Source: Chrysomallon squamiferum
Lineage: Eukaryota; Animalia; Mollusca
Length of the DNA: 64,000 bases
Direction of reading: 5' to 3'
NCBI GenBank assembly: GCA_012295275.1
Contig: CM022665.1
Location: 35,650,001-35,714,000 of the forward strand
The notes under the pieces are model-generated. The model searched no databases. It saw only the letters and a program-made list of their open reading frames with translations, and was not told the origin of the DNA. Each line of letters opens with the position of its first letter. Within the stretch, counting starts at the first letter, position 1. Both the position numbers and the translations under genes were made by a program. Shown piece after piece: positions 52,965-64,000 of the stretch.

Positions 52965-55900
52965 ACTTACTCCAATTTTTGTGTCTAGACAAAACTGTAT
53001 TTTTATATCATTTGTTTTTTTTAACACACAGTGTTGATCCTAACAATTAAGGAAATATATATTTTTTTATAAATCATTTTTAAATTTTACCAACTCTTGC
53101 ACTTTTTGTCATAACAAACCTTAACAGTTTTTAAGTAAAGTTATGACTTACACAAATATAGCAAAACTTAGTATTTCAAATTAATCCTCTTTTAAACGTA
53201 TAGCAGCAGCAAAATTAAGCAAGTTACAGTATAATAAAATATGAAATATTTTTTAAAATTCCAGCAAGAAAATAGAATTTTAGTAATATCAAGGGATATA
53301 ACTCTTCAAATATTTGCTCAAGCACAGTTGTTTGCCTTAATTTGGATAAATCTTATTATTAAGACAGTAATAATTAAATTTAATAAGGAAATAAATATTA
53401 CTTTTTCATACTCACATTTTAGTTTTCACTATAAATTAATTTATATAATAATATATCACTGAAAATGTAATTGTTTGTTTGGCTAATTCAAAGTTATAGC
53501 TTACTGGAAGTTGTTTTACTTTAATATAATTAACTTTGAAAACAATATATATACAACAGTGGTAGAGATGAGAATTTTTTTTATAGCTACTAGAAAAGAC
53601 CATTAGCTTTAATTGATTTGCATGCATGAAATTTGGTAGTCTGTCAAAGAAAATATAATTCAGGTCAGCTATTCTGAACATTATTTATTTTTCCATAGGT
53701 TTCATAGAAATGATACTTAGATATCAATAAATTCATATTATTTTTCAGGGCCTTATAATAAATATGGTATTTACAAACGGGCATTGATAGCATACTGCAA
53801 ATTTTGTAGGTTTTAATATACTGATAGAGTATTATCAGTTTTCTGTTTTGTTATTTGTTTGTTTGTAAAGCTGAAATTTATTTTAGTACATTCATGAATA
53901 ACAGAAAAATATCTAAAACTTAATACTGTTCATGGATTGGATTAGTTAGCCTTAATAACATTTAATAAGAGTACTATTTTTACTGTTCAGGAAAATACTG
54001 TTCAGCTTCAAAGTCATATGTGTTAATTCCAGGAGATGAAAATACATCAGAACTATAAATTAATAGTTTAATAATTATATATAGTATCTTCATGATATTG
54101 TTAAGTAAATAGATATCTTATAATTTCTCTGTTTAGGTTATCATAAAGATATATATTACTTTTATCTTTTGAATAACAGATTTTGTCACTATAAGCAATC
54201 TCTTGAGGTTTCATTTTTTTCTTTAAAATCATTATAAAATCATTCCAAACAATCAACTTGCAGAGTGTAAACATAAAATGTCCAGATAACTGTTCCTGTT
54301 ATTTAGGTCTAGCTAGTTCCTTGCATGTGTGTTATTTTGGGATAAGTTTTCTGACTTATTTGCCAATACCATGTTAACAAAGATGTATCAAGTCATTAAT
54401 CATTTTTGTTAATTATCCTGTTGTGCTAACATGCTCCTGTAATGTGAAAAGTTATTTGACCCAACAGACAGCCATTATTTCTTTTAGTAGTGCTGCAGTC
54501 AGATCTTTTCACAGACTTTGGATTCATGTTTACGAAAAGGAAGTAAAAGTATTTTTTCCTCATTGTTTTTAAGACTGATAATAGTTGTAGTATTTCTAAA
54601 ATAATAAATAAATAAATCTGCTAGTGTTTGAGTCAGATTAATCTGTATCAAACAGAAATATGCATTATAGGAGATAATATAAAGCAGAGTCCTTTTTCTG
54701 TATTTTCATAAATTTGTTGAGCTAAGCAGGGACTTACTAATTTATTTGAATATCTATACTTCAGCCTCTGCTGAAATCACTTCACATTTTCATGATAACT
54801 TAAATATACATAATTTGTATCATTTTTATTTTTTTTATTTTTTTATTTTTTTTTAATCAGTTTGGTTATAATACTGATAGTTAAATGGTTGCCTCTTCAT
54901 TTTTTTAGGTTATTAGAAAAAGCATTATTTTTTATTTTTTACTTTGAGTTAATTTTACAACCGAATAAAAGTTTATAATTACAAGTTTTTATGCAGATGT
55001 TTTGATTTTTTATTACTTTAAATTTGCACCTTCTTTTTTATTTTATTTTTATGTTGATCTTTCAGGGTTTTTTTTAACAAGTTTAATACTTTCAACAGTT
55101 CTGTTCTGCATTATGCAAATATTTTTATTGTAATGTTATTTTACTTAGGCTTAATTGATTTATTTCACTGAAAAATATGAATATTAATTTATCTTCACTT
55201 TCCATTACTATTATCTCTTTTATCTTTGTGTCTTTTTATTTATATTTTATTTTTTATTTTATTTTTAATTTTTAATTTATTTATATATTTAATTTTTGAA
55301 TACTGGCATTCAAAATTTCTCTGCATGTATATGATAACATTTAAATTAACAGCATCCATCAGATATAGATTTGACTTTCATTCTGTTGAAGAATCTAACA
55401 AGCAAAAGTAATTAGTTCAGTTTTGGGATGATTAAATGCCTTTCTTTTACTTTTATTTATGAATTTGTTTATTTTTTCCCCCTATGAGATATAATCCTAT
55501 CACAATTTTAGGCTCATAATAAATTATATTAGTAACCAGCAAGGAGGCCAAAACAGTTTACTAGATCACTATAGAAGTTCAAGATGAAAGAAGAAATAAA
55601 AGTGAGAGAAATATACTGAATGAACACAGGTGTCAGATTTAACAAACTATAAGCTTAGGAAACTATAAGCTGGAAACAATTTTGAGTTGGTTAATTGTGG
55701 CTAATCCAGCTTTTTTTCCAAAAACTGCTAAATAAGTAATCTTGTTTTGCAAACTGTAATTGTGCAAGCTGAAAATAAACCTCTTTCTGGTTTTGCAGGT
55801 GATTATGAGAACAAAAAGTTAAAGATGGCAAATTCATCTGGTAGAGTTACTAGCCAGACAGAGGAAGTCAATAAAACAGAGAACTGTTCAGAAGTAAGTG

Positions 55901-58900
55901 GTCTGGATATGTTTTATAATGATAATAAAAATAGTGTTTATGTAAATATGTATGCATGTATGTATTTGTGTATGTGTATGTATGTATGTTTTTATGTTTT
56001 TATGTGTGGTATCTTTTGTGTGTGTGTGTGTGTTTGATACATTGATAAATAAAATTTTCTACAGGTACATTTTTAATGTAAAATATTGTATAGCAAGTAA
56101 ATATATGGGTCTAAAAAAGTTAATCATGTAGGTAATGTTTTGCTTTAGAAATTAATTGTAAGTGACATCCAAACCATTTGGCTATCTGTAAACTGGTGAT
56201 GTAATAGTGATATTGAATTTCAGACTGAGCATAAACATTCTCTTGATGAGCAGTCAGCTGAACCATCCTCTTCTGATTTAAATGCTCTTTCACCTGAAGA
56301 AACAGCAGATCCAATTTCAAAAACATGCACAGTTCCGTCCAGATTGTCTCAATTGAGAAAGGTAGGTTATTACAGTGTTCTCAGCAAATTGATGTTTCTT
56401 ACTGTATATTGTCAGGACATGTGCATGATATGTATTGTTTTCCTTCAGTTAGTCCAACCTAGTCATCATCAGATTTTTCATTAATTATACTGGTTTTTAA
56501 TTCATACCAATTGTTGTGTTAAAAATGTGATTTTATTACAGTTTGCATTTTTGTTCGATGTTTGTGTTGTGTTCTTTCTCATTCACATTTTCTTAGCTTA
56601 CTAGAAAAGTATATAAACCAAAATACATTTGTTAAAATATTTTATCTGGAATAATTTAGTTTTTTAAGCCTAGTCTATTATAACTATTACAACCAAATTA
56701 TAATTCTATTTGATAATTGTAAAGTTAAGTATATAATGTTGTGTATGTATGTGTGCTTATAATTAATGAAAACATTGATTGGTTTCAAAAGACTTTAAAT
56801 ATCATAGAAATTCTTAAAGTATGTTTCACAGAATAAAATTTTCTATATATCAAGGGTCATTATATGTATTGATGTTTAATCTGATCTGTGTTGACAAACA
56901 CGAGATAACATTTACTCCAAAATGTCTATAAATATGCATATTGTTTAAAATATCCCATGTTGTTACATTGTGTTATATTTCTTATCTAGCCACTGAATTC
57001 ATATATAAAATAATCATTTTCAGATCGTTTCAATTTGATAAGAATGCTAAAAACACCATTTATAAAATTAAATCTTGTTTCATTTTCTTCTAAGGGTTGA
57101 TAGAGTTATGCATAATTTAATTATACATTTGCACGGTTATTTCTACTATTTTATCATTTTATATATTAAGTTTTCAGTTGTTTGAATATTCAAAAGTATT
57201 ATAAAAATGTATTAATAGTGCTAAAAAATTTCCAAGGAAAGCAGCTACTGTTAAAAATGTCTTCTCTGAAATGTTATTTTTCTTTTTCTTTAATTTAACG
57301 CTATAATAATGTGATCATGGTCATTTTAATAATCATGTTCAAAAAAGAAAAACCAGAAGTTAATGTTAAAGCTTCTTCTGCAGTTTCACATTTGGAAATA
57401 TACTGTATGGTATATTAAGTGTTTTGTTTGTTGAACAGGCAAAGCTTTTCCCATGTATACTGGCTGAAGCCATTTGGGTGTTATGGCTTATTAACTTTCT
57501 GGCAAGAATATAGCTTAGTGGCAGGCTATTTTTAAGAGCTGCATGTAGTGATGACAGATAATATAAATGTTAAATCTGAGATTATAGGCCTTAGTCAAAC
57601 CAGATTCTTGTATCCTTGTCAACATTTTTATTATTGTTGATGTAGTGAATGGAATGTTCTATAATTGTCATTGTGAGTTAAATGCTAGAAATGCCGGTAA
57701 TGTCATGCCTTTCAGATAATCAGTCTATATAATATTATTGTAAACTGGAATTCAGAATTTATATAACTTGCTACATTTATTTAACAATTAAGCTAATTGA
57801 TTTTGAATAGAATAAATTCAAAACAATAAACAACAACAACAAAAACAACAAAATAATAAAAAACAAATAATAAAAAAAAGCAATAATACAACAAAATTAA
57901 TAAGTTAAGTTAATTTTTAAAAGTCAGAGATCAGTCCTCTATGGGCTATTTCTTCATCTAATCAGTGCCATAGAAATTATTATTATTATTATTTTAAATC
58001 CCAACATAAGCGGTCAGAATAAAATTAAAAATTAAAATGGGGAAAAAACTTTTCTCTCCAGGAAATAAAGTGAAACTACTGTATTTTCCTCAACAGTAAA
58101 ACATTTTGCACATATGATTTGTATGCATCAGACAACCATAACATATCCTGACAAATTGTTTGGAATATAACTATTTCAAATATTAAAATAAAAAATAAGA
58201 AAAACAACTATTCATGGGTAAAGAAATGTCATTGCCTTTGCTTCTGGGCTGTGTATCATAACTTTGAAAATTCCACTTGAAAACCACTACAACTGAAGCA
58301 TGAAGTGAGTGTTTGACTGAAAACAATATTTCTACAACATTGTTATTCAGGGTAATTCAGTTACTCACATCTCAGTGTTTGCCAGTAATTTTCATTCATA
58401 TAGAAGAAGGCTTAAATATAATGGTAGAATTCTCTTCATTTTGTTCTCTGTAATGCACAATGGTAATTTTTAATCAAAGTTTTAACTCATTCCTTGTAAG
58501 GTTTGCTGTAGGCAAAGAATTTAGTATTTTAAAGTTATTTTTGCTGCTTCTTATAATGTTACCATCATATCCGGATAAATAAAGTCAGCATTAGTTATAA
58601 TAATTTTCCATGACTGACCTACTAAATATGAAATTTTTCTTCCAAAAGATTTTATTATGCAAAATAAGCATATGCTTCTACCCTGGGAGAGGGAAAAATA
58701 CAGTCATTTAACCAATAAATCTAACATTAAGTTCAGTTGATAGGTGTCTGATTGAGAAAATTCTTTGATACTCTCATGATTGCTACAGATCTTGATGGGC
58801 ACTTGTCTGTCATTTGTTAATCACCATTTTCCAAGTATAGTGAAAGCAACACTTACCAACAAAGCATTATTAAAATAATCCTGAATATGACTGAGAAAAA

Positions 58901-59474
58901 TGAAGCTTGCCATGTTCAAACTTGAACTTACTGTAACTGTTATCAGACTTAGTAATAGTGGTACTTTTGGTGTTTTTATAAGGGGTGTAACAATTGGGAT
59001 GATTCTAACTAATAGTATATAAGCCCAGCTGGCTGTTAAATAGTCTTATGTTTGTTTCAGCATTAACATTTACAGCATATAGTAGAAAGGTATACTTATG
59101 ATAAATTAGGTAATTAGATTAGAAAATTAAACCTGATTATTTTGAAACCTCTCTGTCCTGACAATTAATAACCCATGATAACCAGAAATAACTTGTATTG
59201 TTTTCCTTTCATCTGTTGGCATTGGTTCACCTGTAGGAAAAATATCAAGATATTCTTGTCTTCAGCTCCTCTCAGATAAAACTATATGACAGCTGGATGG
59301 TATTCTCAGTGTTGTTAACATATAACTATTTCACAAGATGTATTAGCTTATTGGTGTTTTTTCTGTCATCCATGCAGCTAGTGAAAACATTAAGTACTCA
59401 TTCTTAGCCATTTAAATGATATATGTTAAGCTTTAGAATGATAAACTTGATGCTTATTTATTTTTTTTTTTTTT

Positions 59475-59525
<51 letters not shown>

Positions 59526-59799
59526 GTTATTATTGTTTTAATTGTTAGTATTTTTAATTTTTCTTTGAATATTTGTTTATTCAGACAAATCTGGCTAAAA
59601 AAAGGGAACATACAAGATCTACAAAATTGCCTGATCTTGATGAACAAATGGATGGAAACACTGACTTAAACATGAAACCAGATGGTTCTTTAAATATAGC
59701 TATCATACCACCAGCACCAACTTCAGATCCAGTGATGCCCAGCATTTCTGAGGATTTTCTTGACCAACTTGGGTTAAAAGAAACAGGAAGACATTTCAG
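29427..59799 (+). CDS. LRMP/IRAG/KASH5-family-like protein (EF-hand, coiled coils, Ser-rich region); 3' end probably beyond the window
   Basis: Exons 29427-30113, 30305-30429, 30668-30783, 30964-31009, 31333-31437, 31892-32060, 32270-32347, 32636-32692, 33127-33186, 33505-33569, 33752-33896, 34136-34309, 34550-34710, 35114-35151, 35279-35430, 37596-37717, 43826-43866, 44165-44226, 44589-44681, 45596-45697, 46155-46239, 46894-47665, 48441-48569, 50396-50444, 52760-52820, 55799-55893, 56224-56361, 59585-59799. All are GT-AG and join into one open frame (4142 nt). EEIIVDNLFYNCDSENTGYVVVSTLIEYLR..LMNMLDPKGVDPFIDMERYKKIIKTWI resembles the N-terminal EF-hand pair of KASH5/long LRMP. The family call is recognition only; the MRVI1 coiled coil and TM/KASH end are not seen in the window. 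Confidence 0.72.
30305..30429 (+). CDS. Gene 3 exon, second EF-hand-like helix pair
   Basis: TTTCAG/GTAATA; PEEDLIRLMNMLDPKGVDPFIDMERYKKIIKTWIVDLKNDK. Confidence 0.88.
31892..32060 (+). CDS. Gene 3 coiled-coil exon
   Basis: TTTTGCAG/GTAAGT; LEELTELQIALKEENEELKMRLVKYEEIKKELENRLNQKEEEN. Confidence 0.88.
34136..34309 (+). CDS. Gene 3 exon
   Basis: GATAG/GTTTGT, phase 0-0; within ORF 34136-34324. Confidence 0.8.
35279..35430 (+). CDS. Gene 3 coiled-coil exon
   Basis: ATAG/GTATGG; ENEKLQKIHDLSAEIK..KILELEESLSAERVQTEQLLQE. Confidence 0.85.
37596..37717 (+). CDS. Gene 3 coiled-coil exon
   Basis: TTTTCAG/GTTAGT; LEQIKSQLAESSEGLEEKIKQIIELQTENKQLNCNIENLT. Confidence 0.87.
38070..38250 (+). mobile_element. 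Degenerate SINE fragment (Deu/Nin-domain-like core)
   Basis: ATCAAAGGCTGTTGTATG..GATGCATGTAAAAGATCCCTTGCTGCTAATC matches, from recall, the conserved central domain of tRNA-derived SINEs common in molluscs. Confidence 0.65.
38475..38511 (+). CDS. Candidate alternative terminal exon of gene 3
   Basis: TTTTACTTGTTTAG acceptor; phase 2 fits exon 37596-37717; reads (R)NGEISKEMDTT then TGA; AATAAA at about 38755 and 39065. Confidence 0.45.
39767..39819 (+). CDS. Candidate alternative first coding exon of gene 3 (N-myristoylation signal)
   Basis: MGTCSSKRSMQAAKQAS, then AG|GTGAGT; phase 2 fits exon 43826; upstream in-frame TAA at 39740-39742. Confidence 0.75.
46894..47665 (+). CDS. Gene 3 large Ser/Thr-rich exon
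   Basis: TTTCAG/GTAAGA; within ORF 46881-47669. Confidence 0.9.
48441..48569 (+). CDS. Gene 3 exon
   Basis: CTTTCAG/GTAGCT, phase 2-2; QSINTARKLSTLIEEDIDHCD. Confidence 0.8.
52910..52963. repeat. (AAT)n followed by (ATT)n, a self-complementary microsatellite
   Basis: Directly visible. Confidence 0.85.
55799..55893 (+). CDS. Gene 3 exon
   Basis: TTTTGCAG/GTAAGT; DYENKKLKMANSSGRVTSQTEEVNKTENCSE. Confidence 0.82.
56224..56361 (+). CDS. Gene 3 exon
   Basis: TTTCAG/GTAGGT; TEHKHSLDEQSAEPSSSDLNALSPEETADPISKTCTVPSRLSQLRK. Confidence 0.85.
57920..57975 (+). mobile_element. Short degenerate SINE fragment
   Basis: GATCAGTCCTCTATGGGCTATTTCTTCATCTAATCAGTGC resembles the segment upstream of the Deu/Nin core in the same SINE family (from recall). 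Confidence 0.4.
59585..59799 (+). CDS. Gene 3 last confidently identified exon in the window
   Basis: TTCAG/GTAAGG; TNLAKKREHTRSTKLPDLDEQ..MPSISEDFLDQLGLKETGRHF. Confidence 0.88.
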
Positions 59800-60476
59800 G
59801 TAAGGTAGACATGAGACAGAACAGTAGATTTTATACTTATGTTGTTTATTTTACATTTTAATTTTTTTTTTTAATTTATTGTTTTGTAAGGAGAGAGAAA
59901 GGGATATTAAATTTAATTTTTTATTTTTATCAACAAAAATAACATTTTAAATATTTATTTAAAGACATATAATAGTAACATGAATAGTAATAATAGCAAC
60001 AACAACAATAACAATAATAATAATAAAGAATAAAACAAAAAACTGTCAAAACCAGTACTTACTTTCTTGATTTTGTTTTATAAAAATGTCATGATATTCC
60101 TGAAAAATGTACCTTCCAAATGCACAGCCATCAAGTTAGGGGATAATTATATTATAAACTGCCATTGACCAGGAAGAAGCAGATGGAATTCCTTACAGCT
60201 CTGGTTCCTGCCAGTCAAAACTTTATATATGAGATAACACAGAATTGATTCAGTTTCCTTGCAAGTGTTGCAGTATCAGTATGATTGTCTATGTTATTTT
60301 GTTCAATGATTACTTTATCAGCTGGGTCACTTCCTTGTTCAGGATTCAAGTCTGATAACTTTAGTAGAACATACTTATAGATTTGTAGGTGGATAAAAGT
60401 TCAGTTCAGTTCAAGATAACACTTCAACATTTTAGCCATAACACTGCAGTTTTGTTTTGTGTTAGGATAATATACA

Positions 60477-60523
60477 ATGGATAATTTACGTAAAGTAGCT
60501 GATGAACTGAATGATATTCAAAG
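60477..60523 (+). CDS. Candidate alternative start exon for a short C-terminal isoform of gene 3
   Basis: Acceptor at 60465, in-frame TAA, then ACAATGG; MDNLRKVADELNDIQ, AG|GTAATG; phase 2 equals the phase of exon 59585-59799. Confidence 0.55.
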
Positions 60524-63500
60524 GTAATGCTTATTTTTCATGAATTTATTCAGCTATAATTTAATGCTATAAAAATATATATTTTTTTTTAAATATAGCA
60601 AAAACATCTATAGGTCTAAAGGACTTTTTTTGTGGTTTGAATTAATTATATCATCTCATTTTAAAATGTTAGCAATTAATTATTATTTTGTTATTAAAAG
60701 ATTATTATTCTCTATATTGTTGTAGCCAGATTATAAACTTATATTTTTAACAGTAATCAAATCTAAAATTAGATGTATTGAATCAGATCTATGCCGTCCC
60801 CAAAAAGTAATGCAATATGTAATCAATATGACTGAATTCATGTTACTAGAACTGGAAAGTATTGGTATCTATTATGATATATTTCTTTTAGTTCTTTCTG
60901 CCAAGTTCTTGCCATTTATATAAATTGTTATGATTCAGTAACAATTCTCATAAATAATCAATGGTCCTTTATTGTGGGATTTTGGACAGTGAATTATGAT
61001 TAGCAAGTCTGGTTATACCTTTAGCTGAAATGGCTTATTGGTATTTAATCTAACTTTTTTTTCAAGATGGTATTAAATGCATTTCTGTCTGTTTTGTTTT
61101 GGTTAGAATCATCTAACTGCTTGTTAAATTGTGTGTAATCATGTTGGAACTGTGAATCCCACTGTGTAGGTTTGAGCAAACAACTGATTAAAACATATAT
61201 AATTAGGTACAGTATGACATGATATCTTCAGGCCTGTTTTTTGATTATGTGTATTGAAACCACAAAATGGTGCACATGCTACATTATTGGTAAAATATAT
61301 CTTAAAAGGTTAAAATGATCACTTGTGATGAAACAGTAAACAGTAACAGCTGCTATTATTTAGTATGTAAGGTATAAATATATAAAAATAAAACTTTATG
61401 TTAAACACTGAATAGAATAATTTTCAATTACACTTTAATTATTTGCTTTTCTATCCTTTATTTTATTATTATTATTGTTTTAATTCACACTTGTAGAAGT
61501 CAGTTGTAAAATATAATGAATGTTTAATAATATTTAAGGTTTCATTCATAATAAAAAAAAATAAAAAAATAGTTTAATATTAAAAAGATTTAAATTTTCT
61601 GCTTTCTCTATTACCTGTAACCTACAAATATTTCCCTGTCAGTTAGTTTCGAAAGTTTATCAGGTGTTAACAATTTAAAAAGGGTCACTTGATAAGTAGT
61701 GATTATGTCACCTGTCAGTCTGAAACTATATACCATACTTTATCTTAAAGATGTGTGTCCTGAAAATAAGATGCAATCGTTGCAAAATATCTCTTATAAG
61801 CTCTTTGATAATAATTTATACAGAACATGCTTTAAAGATATAAATTGATAAGGGTAAATATAAGTGGTTAAGAATTTGAGAAGTTTCACTGTTTTTAGTC
61901 ATTTTTTTAAAACATGCTTAGTTAATAAAAGAATATTAAATCTTACATGACATTAATATATATGTTTAATAAAATTTTACAAATAAAGCAAAAATGATAA
62001 ACAAATAAATATACAAATGTGAAGAAAAAGACATTTAACATTTTATTGTTTATAGTTAAAGTATAATGTAAAATGTGTGATTTAGTTTTACATCATAAAT
62101 ATACTTTACAATAAAATAATTTAATTAATCCACTAACAAAATCAGAGAATTTATGTTTAATAAATTATTATATTTGACACAAAATAGCTAAATGTGATGT
62201 GCTATGTCATCATTTGGTTACTGATTGATAGAAAAGTTATTGAAAAATTGAAAAATAATAAAAATAAAAATATATAAGATCTACAGCTGTTGATACAATA
62301 TATTTATTTTATGATTAAGCAGAGCACTATAAAAGAACTTGGCATAATATATATCTGTCATTTTTTGTAAACATATACTTGAATTTTAACAGTTACGTTT
62401 TAAAAATAGTGTGGAGAAACTTAGTGAACCTCTTATTGTGTATGTTTACTTTGGACTATTTGCTAAGCATTTTTTGGACTATATCATATGTAGACAGTTA
62501 TAATGGTTGCTTCCTAAAGTAGTGTAATGGTCATTTACTTTATTTATTTACATTTTAATGTTCTAGTACGTGTTTGTTTTCTGTTATTTGATGCTTCCAG
62601 TCAAAAGTTTATTTTATATATTTCAGCAGTTTTATGTATTAAACATTTTCCTACATTTTTATTCTTAGTTTGAAAATTATGGTCATTTATTGGAGCATGC
62701 TAACTATTTTTGAAAAAAAGATACTAAAATGTGCTAAAACAAACAAAATGATATGTTGAAATTGGTCACTTTTTTTGTTGTTTTTAATAACTGAAAAGAA
62801 AAAAAAAACAATGAAAATTACAGTAATTTAATATGAAGTGAATTATAAATTTTGTTGGAAACAATAATCTTGAAATCTTAATGGAAAGTAAGTGACAACA
62901 TTTTTGCTACTTGTTGAGTCTAAGGTGATGTTCTGATTGTTACAACAGCACACCCATGTCTTGTATAATGCTACATAAACATTTGGGATCTCTCAGAATA
63001 TTGATCTTCCACAAAAACTTTGCTTTGACCAGATTTGATAGAATTTCAAGTTGATGAGATTGTGCCTATTTTAGATTTATTGATTTCAAGATCTATAATT
63101 TTTTTTTTTTTTTTTTTATTGCAGTTAGAGTGGTGTGTTTCATAGTCCTGCAAATCATGGCCTACTGTTTTGTTTTTGTTGTTTTTTAAAAAGTATTGAT
63201 TGCATGTGGAGATCATGTATTTTTCATCCACTGTTTTTTCTTGCCAATCAGTTATTATGATTATTATTATTATTATTATTATTATGTTTAGTTGTTATTA
63301 TTATATTTTATTATTATTACATTTAATTATATGTTTCATCTTCAAAATTACATTTGTATATCCATCAATATGGTGGTTCTTTTCTTTATCTCAGATGCTG
63401 GATCTTCTTCTGAATTATTTACATTAATTAACACAGATGATTAATGAACTTTAATAAATTAATAAATATATTTTACTTCTATGTCAGTGGCTAACAATTA

Positions 63501-63780
63501 AATCCATTTATTTCAGTACAACTTTTTATATTATGCTTGGGATTCCTTATTTCAGAATACATTTTGAAATTGTGAAATAATGCAAGAATACAAATGGAGA
63601 GTGATTTGTTTTCTAGAATGGTGGTTTTAATGTCAAGTTTGATGATGAAAAAAAAGAAAGAAATTGTTTGATAAGTTGGTGACCATTTCATGTATTCTAG
63701 TTTAAAATCTACACTGTCAAACAGTGAGAAACTTTAAATGATTGTTGTTCAGTTTGGTTATATCTGCTGAATCAGGGTAC

Positions 63781-63810
63781 GGAAAAAATGGCACTGGAAA
63801 AAATGGCACC
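63781..63810 (+). repeat. 2 x 15-bp tandem repeat GGAAAAAATGGCAC(T/C), possibly a transposon subterminal remnant
   Basis: Directly visible; followed by (TATG)/(TG) repeats. Confidence 0.6.
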
Positions 63811-64000
63811 AGGATGTATGTATGTATGTGTGTGCATATATATGTGTAAATGTGTAATATTAAACTCTGATATAATACTGTACTTTGTTAAGCTAAACCA
63901 AGTAGCTAAGTGAGGCTATATATTAATATATATGTATGTAACAGTATTGCATGAATAAACTTTATTTTCAAAATTACTTTAATTTTTTTTTTTAAAGCAA

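Noticed and set aside
54526-54546. ATG with a downstream GTAAAA
   Set aside because: Phase is incompatible with the host intron and the donor is weak
1-64000. CRISPR arrays, tRNA/rRNA genes, intact transposase or reverse transcriptase ORFs
   Set aside because: None seen; this is eukaryotic intron-rich DNA with only short non-autonomous element remnants

Overview
This is very AT-rich animal genomic DNA, probably a mollusc or other lophotrochozoan (inferred from SINE remnants). It holds three spliced genes, rebuilt by hand from GT-AG sites and reading-phase continuity. (1) A PAT1/PATL1 decapping activator on the minus strand: ATG 9073, 12 exons, 525 codons, running off the left edge. (2) Head-to-head with it, a complete 7-exon DEAF1-like SAND-domain transcription factor (10666-19941, 464 aa) that appears to lack the C-terminal MYND finger. 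(3) A large plus-strand gene with an N-terminal KASH5/LRMP-type EF-hand, coiled coils and a Ser-rich region (ATG 29427, 28 exons, about 1380 codons, probably running off the right edge); LRMP/IRAG/KASH5 family is likely. Notable observations: a ~1.6-2.2 kb inverted homology between intron 2 of PATL1 and intron 2 of DEAF1, with a 293-bp core at about 96% identity; a candidate in-frame cassette exon in DEAF1 inside a transposon-like insert; a TTCG palindrome cluster in the DEAF1 promoter; a tandemly duplicated promoter region for gene 3; and internal alternative first and last exons in gene 3, one encoding an MGTCSSK myristoylation/palmitoylation signal. All gene models and alignments were done by eye, with no database searches.
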